A DNA stretch of 46,442 nt, from NCBI GenBank assembly GCA_013360305.1, contig JABWCK010000002.1, positions 1-46,442 on the forward strand, given 5' to 3'. Position 1 is the first letter of the stretch, and every line of letters starts with the position of its first letter. This document shows positions 43,652-46,442 of this stretch, piece by piece. The notes under the pieces were generated by a model, which had not been told where the DNA came from, did no database searches, and worked only from the letters and a program-made list of their open reading frames with translations. The translations under genes and the position numbers were made by a program. Origin of the DNA: Candidatus Micrarchaeota archaeon. GTDB lineage: Archaea > Micrarchaeota > Micrarchaeia > Norongarragalinales > Norongarragalinaceae.

Positions 43652-44350
43652 ATGGTATTGGAATCAGTTTACAATGAAGTTATAGTTCAACTAGGCTTTG
43701 CGTCGAGAAACTTTTTGTTTGACTTAGGCGGCTTGTTGATGGTTTTAATCGCGTTCGGAATTGGTTGGTTAGTAGCCGGCTGGCTTGTTGACATAATCAA
43801 GCACTTCATGGAGCACGTCAAGTTTGAACAAGGATTGAAAAAGCGCGGAATTCATGACGCTTTGCTTGGTTTCACGTTCACTGACTTCGTTACTAAAGTC
43901 GTGAAATTCACTACGGTAGTAGTATTCTTGAACATTGGCGCTCGCGGAGCAATGCGCTTGGCTGGCCCAGAGTTTTTCTTATACCCCTTCTTGAGGTGGT
44001 TGTTTGAATATACTTTCAATAACTTATTGCAAGGATTATTGATTTTAGTGCTAGCTTTAATCGCTGGAGACTATATTACTGACAGAATCAAACAGTCGAG
44101 CATTCCTTTGAGGAAATTCGTTGCTTGGATAATTGAAGCATTCATTGCTTACTCGGGTATAGTCATTGCATTGCCTTTAATTATTCCACGCGCCAACGTA
44201 TCAATCTTGGAAAACACCTTTACTATTTTGTTAGGTGGAATTGCTTTAGCAATCGGCTTGGGATTCGCAATCGCAATCGGACTAGGCTTGAAAGACTCTG
44301 TTGCTAGAGTCGCTAAAAAGAAAGAACGAGAAATAGACAAGCTATTCTAG
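43652..44350 (+). CDS. CmpX-like conserved TM-helix (MscS-associated) membrane protein
   Basis: IGWLVAG N-terminal helix and C-terminal IALAIGLGFAIAIGLGLKD motif. Confidence 0.7.
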   Translation: MVLESVYNEVIVQLGFASRNFLFDLGGLLMVLIAFGIGWLVAGWLVDIIKHFMEHVKFEQGLKKRGIHDALLGFTFTDFVTKVVKFTTVVVFLNIGARGAMRLAGPEFFLYPFLRWLFEYTFNNLLQGLLILVLALIAGDYITDRIKQSSIPLRKFVAWIIEAFIAYSGIVIALPLIIPRANVSILENTFTILLGGIALAIGLGFAIAIGLGLKDSVARVAKKKEREIDKLF

Positions 44351-44399
44351 TTTCTTTTCCCCTTCTCCTTTTTTATTTTTCTATTACTAATTAATCATT

Positions 44400-44879
44400 A
44401 TGTCTAGTAAGGGAAAAACGGTTTTCGTTTCTACTCATTCGTTAAAGCCACCTTTTGCTGGAGAAGCCACTCGTCGTTTTTTAGAAAAAAAAGGATTCAT
44501 AATTCATTCTAGCGGAAAAAAAGTAATTCCATTCTCCGACAAACACCCTTTCGTGGAGTGGGAACATTATTTTGCAGTAAGCTTGCCTAAAGAACATGAA
44601 TCTGAACTAAAAGCTTTTTTGAAATCCTACGAGCTTCCTAAATCAACTGCTTTGGACTTGTTTGAGCACTTGGAAAGACACCTTGGGGTTACTAAGAACG
44701 ACTTATCTGAAGAACACTTGCGAGAATTATCTAAATTGTTGTTCCAACACTCTATTGCTCGCCATTTTATGGATCGCGATCCTCAAGATTTATTTAGATT
44801 AACGATTAAAGAGCAAGCAAGACAAGCAGATCCAAAACCAATGCCGCAAAAGCCACGTGGTCCTAAAAACATTGCTTAA
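44400..44879 (+). CDS. Hypothetical protein
   Basis: 159-aa ATG ORF; no motif recognised. Confidence 0.55.
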   Translation: MSSKGKTVFVSTHSLKPPFAGEATRRFLEKKGFIIHSSGKKVIPFSDKHPFVEWEHYFAVSLPKEHESELKAFLKSYELPKSTALDLFEHLERHLGVTKNDLSEEHLRELSKLLFQHSIARHFMDRDPQDLFRLTIKEQARQADPKPMPQKPRGPKNIA

Positions 44880-45529
44880 AAGTATTTCTTCAAGTCAACT
44901 TGAGTAGTTTGCAAATTCTTGATCGTAGCCCACTTTGTTCGAATGAATTCTTCTAGCTTAGAGTTTTTGCCGTAATTATTCTTCAAGAAAGCAATCGTTT
45001 TTTCATCAGACGAATAACCCGAACCAAAGTCTCCAATTATTTTCTTTATTCGCACGACTTCCATTTCGCGAGTTTCTTTCGCAATAATCGAAGCAGCTCC
45101 AGCACACAAGTACTTAGAATCAGCCTTGTTTTCCGAAACAATTTTAGCGCTTATTTTCTCGTACTTCTTAATGCGTTTAGTGAATTTTTCAGGAATAGAA
45201 TCAGGCGAGTCAACGAAAACCGTTGTTTTTTCCCCATCTAATTCCTTCAAACACTCGGCAATCTTCATTGCCTCAATATCATTCAAAGAAACCCTCTTAC
45301 CCATTAACTCGTTCAATTCCGTAGCGGAAATAATCTTCAAACAATGCTCGTAACTAACCAACTTGTCGTAAACCTTTTTCCTAGCAACAGGCAACAACAA
45401 CTTAGAATCCTTCACTCCTAATTCTTTCAAAGTAGGCTCTAGCTTTTCATCAATCTTAAAGGCCGCGACGACTAACGGCCCAATAACACAACCACGACCC
45501 GCTTCATCTACTCCAATAATCATTTTCAT
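44876..45529 (-). CDS. rnhB: Ribonuclease HII
   Basis: GVDEAGRG, GVKDSK, KAD, AASIIAK and FGSGY motifs; C-terminal PIP box QVDLKKYF. Start MKMII preferred. Confidence 0.96.
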   Translation of the reverse strand: MKMIIGVDEAGRGCVIGPLVVAAFKIDEKLEPTLKELGVKDSKLLLPVARKKVYDKLVSYEHCLKIISATELNELMGKRVSLNDIEAMKIAECLKELDGEKTTVFVDSPDSIPEKFTKRIKKYEKISAKIVSENKADSKYLCAGAASIIAKETREMEVVRIKKIIGDFGSGYSSDEKTIAFLKNNYGKNSKLEEFIRTKWATIKNLQTTQVDLKKYF

Positions 45530-45635
45530 TAATTTTAATGTCTCCACATGGTTTTTAATTAGAGTTTCAACAGAATATTCTTTCTTCAAAACTAATTCCA
45601 AACGTTTTGATCAAACTTTTATCAAAAAGTTTGTT

Positions 45636-45822
45636 GGGGTTGTGGTATAACCTGGCAGCATGTTAGGCTCCAGATAAATTTTTTCCCTCAAAAGAAAAAA
45701 TTTAGTAAAAAACTTAGGTATTTTGACTCTGCAAAGAGAATGATTTGAAAAATGGAGCTCTGATTTCGTGACGAGCGTTTTTGAGATACCTGAAGATCCG
45801 AGTTCGAATCTCGGCGACCCCA
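45636..45822 (+). tRNA. tRNA-Trp(CCA) with 114-nt intron at 37/38 (45674-45787)
   Basis: Acceptor stem GGGGTTG/CGACCCC plus discriminator A; anticodon stem TTAGG/CCTGA; CCA at 45670-45672; T-arm CCGAG-TTCGAAT-CTCGG; relaxed BHB (CTC/GAG with ATA bulge); no encoded CCA end. Confidence 0.95.
45714..45774 (+). ncRNA. Intron-encoded box C/D guide RNA for C34 and C39 of tRNA-Trp
   Basis: TTAGGTATT+TTGA and TGGAGCT+CTGA are antisense to the pre-tRNA; the N+5 rule hits C39 and C34; C-like boxes ATGATTT and GTGACGA. Confidence 0.8.
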
Positions 45823-45905
45823 TGTCCGCATGGGGGACAGTAGTCCCCCTCGCCCGGACCACGCTTCCCCCTTCTTAAAAAGATTCAACGACTTATCTTT
45901 ACAAA

Positions 45906-46421
45906 ATGGTTTTTGTCTTAATCTTGTTGTTGGCGTTGTATTACTTGCCTTCTGCGCCGTCATTGTTTTCTAGCAGTAAAAAGTTTTTTTCATTCAATTC
46001 GACAACTTTGTTAATGTTGCTAGCTTACGGGAGTTCCTTGTTATTTGTTTACTCTACTTGGGTTGAAGAAATCGACTTGCTAGCATTGAGTTTAGCTAGT
46101 GGTGGAATAATCTTGCACTTTTTCGCGGTTTTTGGCTTGAAGGAAAACTGGAGCGCTGGAATTCGCAAAAGCAATTCTTTGAATACAAAAGGAATTTACT
46201 CGATAGTAAGGCATCCTGCGTATAATGCGGCCTTCTTGTTTTACTCTGGGCTTGCTTTGAATTCCAAAAGCGTGGAAGCTATAATAATAGTAGGAACGTA
46301 CTTGCTGGTTAGAATCACTATTGAAGAAAAAGAACTAAGAAAACACTTCGGTCCTGCTTACATTGAATACTCTAAAAAAGTCCCAGCCACCCTGCTCGGG
46401 TTAGTGTTCAAGCCCCTCTAA
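45906..46421 (+). CDS. Isoprenylcysteine carboxyl methyltransferase (ICMT/PEMT) family membrane protein
   Basis: GIYSIVRHPAY and EEKELRKHFGPAYIEYSKKVP motifs; multiple TM segments. Confidence 0.88.
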   Translation: MVFVLILLLALYYLPSAPSLFSSSKKFFSFNSTTLLMLLAYGSSLLFVYSTWVEEIDLLALSLASGGIILHFFAVFGLKENWSAGIRKSNSLNTKGIYSIVRHPAYNAAFLFYSGLALNSKSVEAIIIVGTYLLVRITIEEKELRKHFGPAYIEYSKKVPATLLGLVFKPL

Positions 46422-46442
46422 CAAATTCAGCTTTGCATTTTT

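Noticed and set aside
2171-45353. Many antisense or nested ORFs in the track (e.g. 6741-7115, 18111-18626, 19000-19407, 42458-42835)
   Set aside because: They lie within well-supported genes, have no motifs, and look like reverse-frame shadows.
45611-45963. ORFs 45611-45862 and 45688-45963 on the minus strand
   Set aside because: They are antisense to tRNA-Trp and its intron.

Overview
Archaeal chromosomal DNA. It carries a histone, TFB, Gar1, eS1/uS15/eS28/eL8(L7Ae)/eS8/uS2, Trm1, a split Hef and an intron-containing tRNA-Trp. It is gene-dense and AT-rich, and is probably from a DPANN-type archaeon (Micrarchaeota/Iainarchaeota-like; inference from protein style and orphan genes, not a phylogeny). 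The centre (about 13.9-28.2 kb) is a complete classical mevalonate/isoprenoid cluster lying between gltX and rps2: thiolase, HMGS, DUF35, class II HMGR, MVK, ERG8-like PMK, MVD, IDI-2 and a type III-like GGPP synthase. Most notable observations: (1) a 149-aa protein with collinear plant Whirly motifs between a RecJ-like DHH gene and an HPr-kinase-like P-loop gene; (2) a ~2.1 kb integrase-less three-gene islet (wHTH-sensor regulator, Nudix/IDI-1-like enzyme, sensor-only paralog) bracketed by a 44-bp direct repeat of the mvk 3' end; (3) a tRNA-Trp intron holding a rearranged box C/D guide for its own C34 and C39; (4) three TTACT-N7-AGTAA-like TrmB-type operators; (5) a Cys-free eL24 missed by the ORF track. 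All family calls come from motifs recognised by eye; no searches were run.
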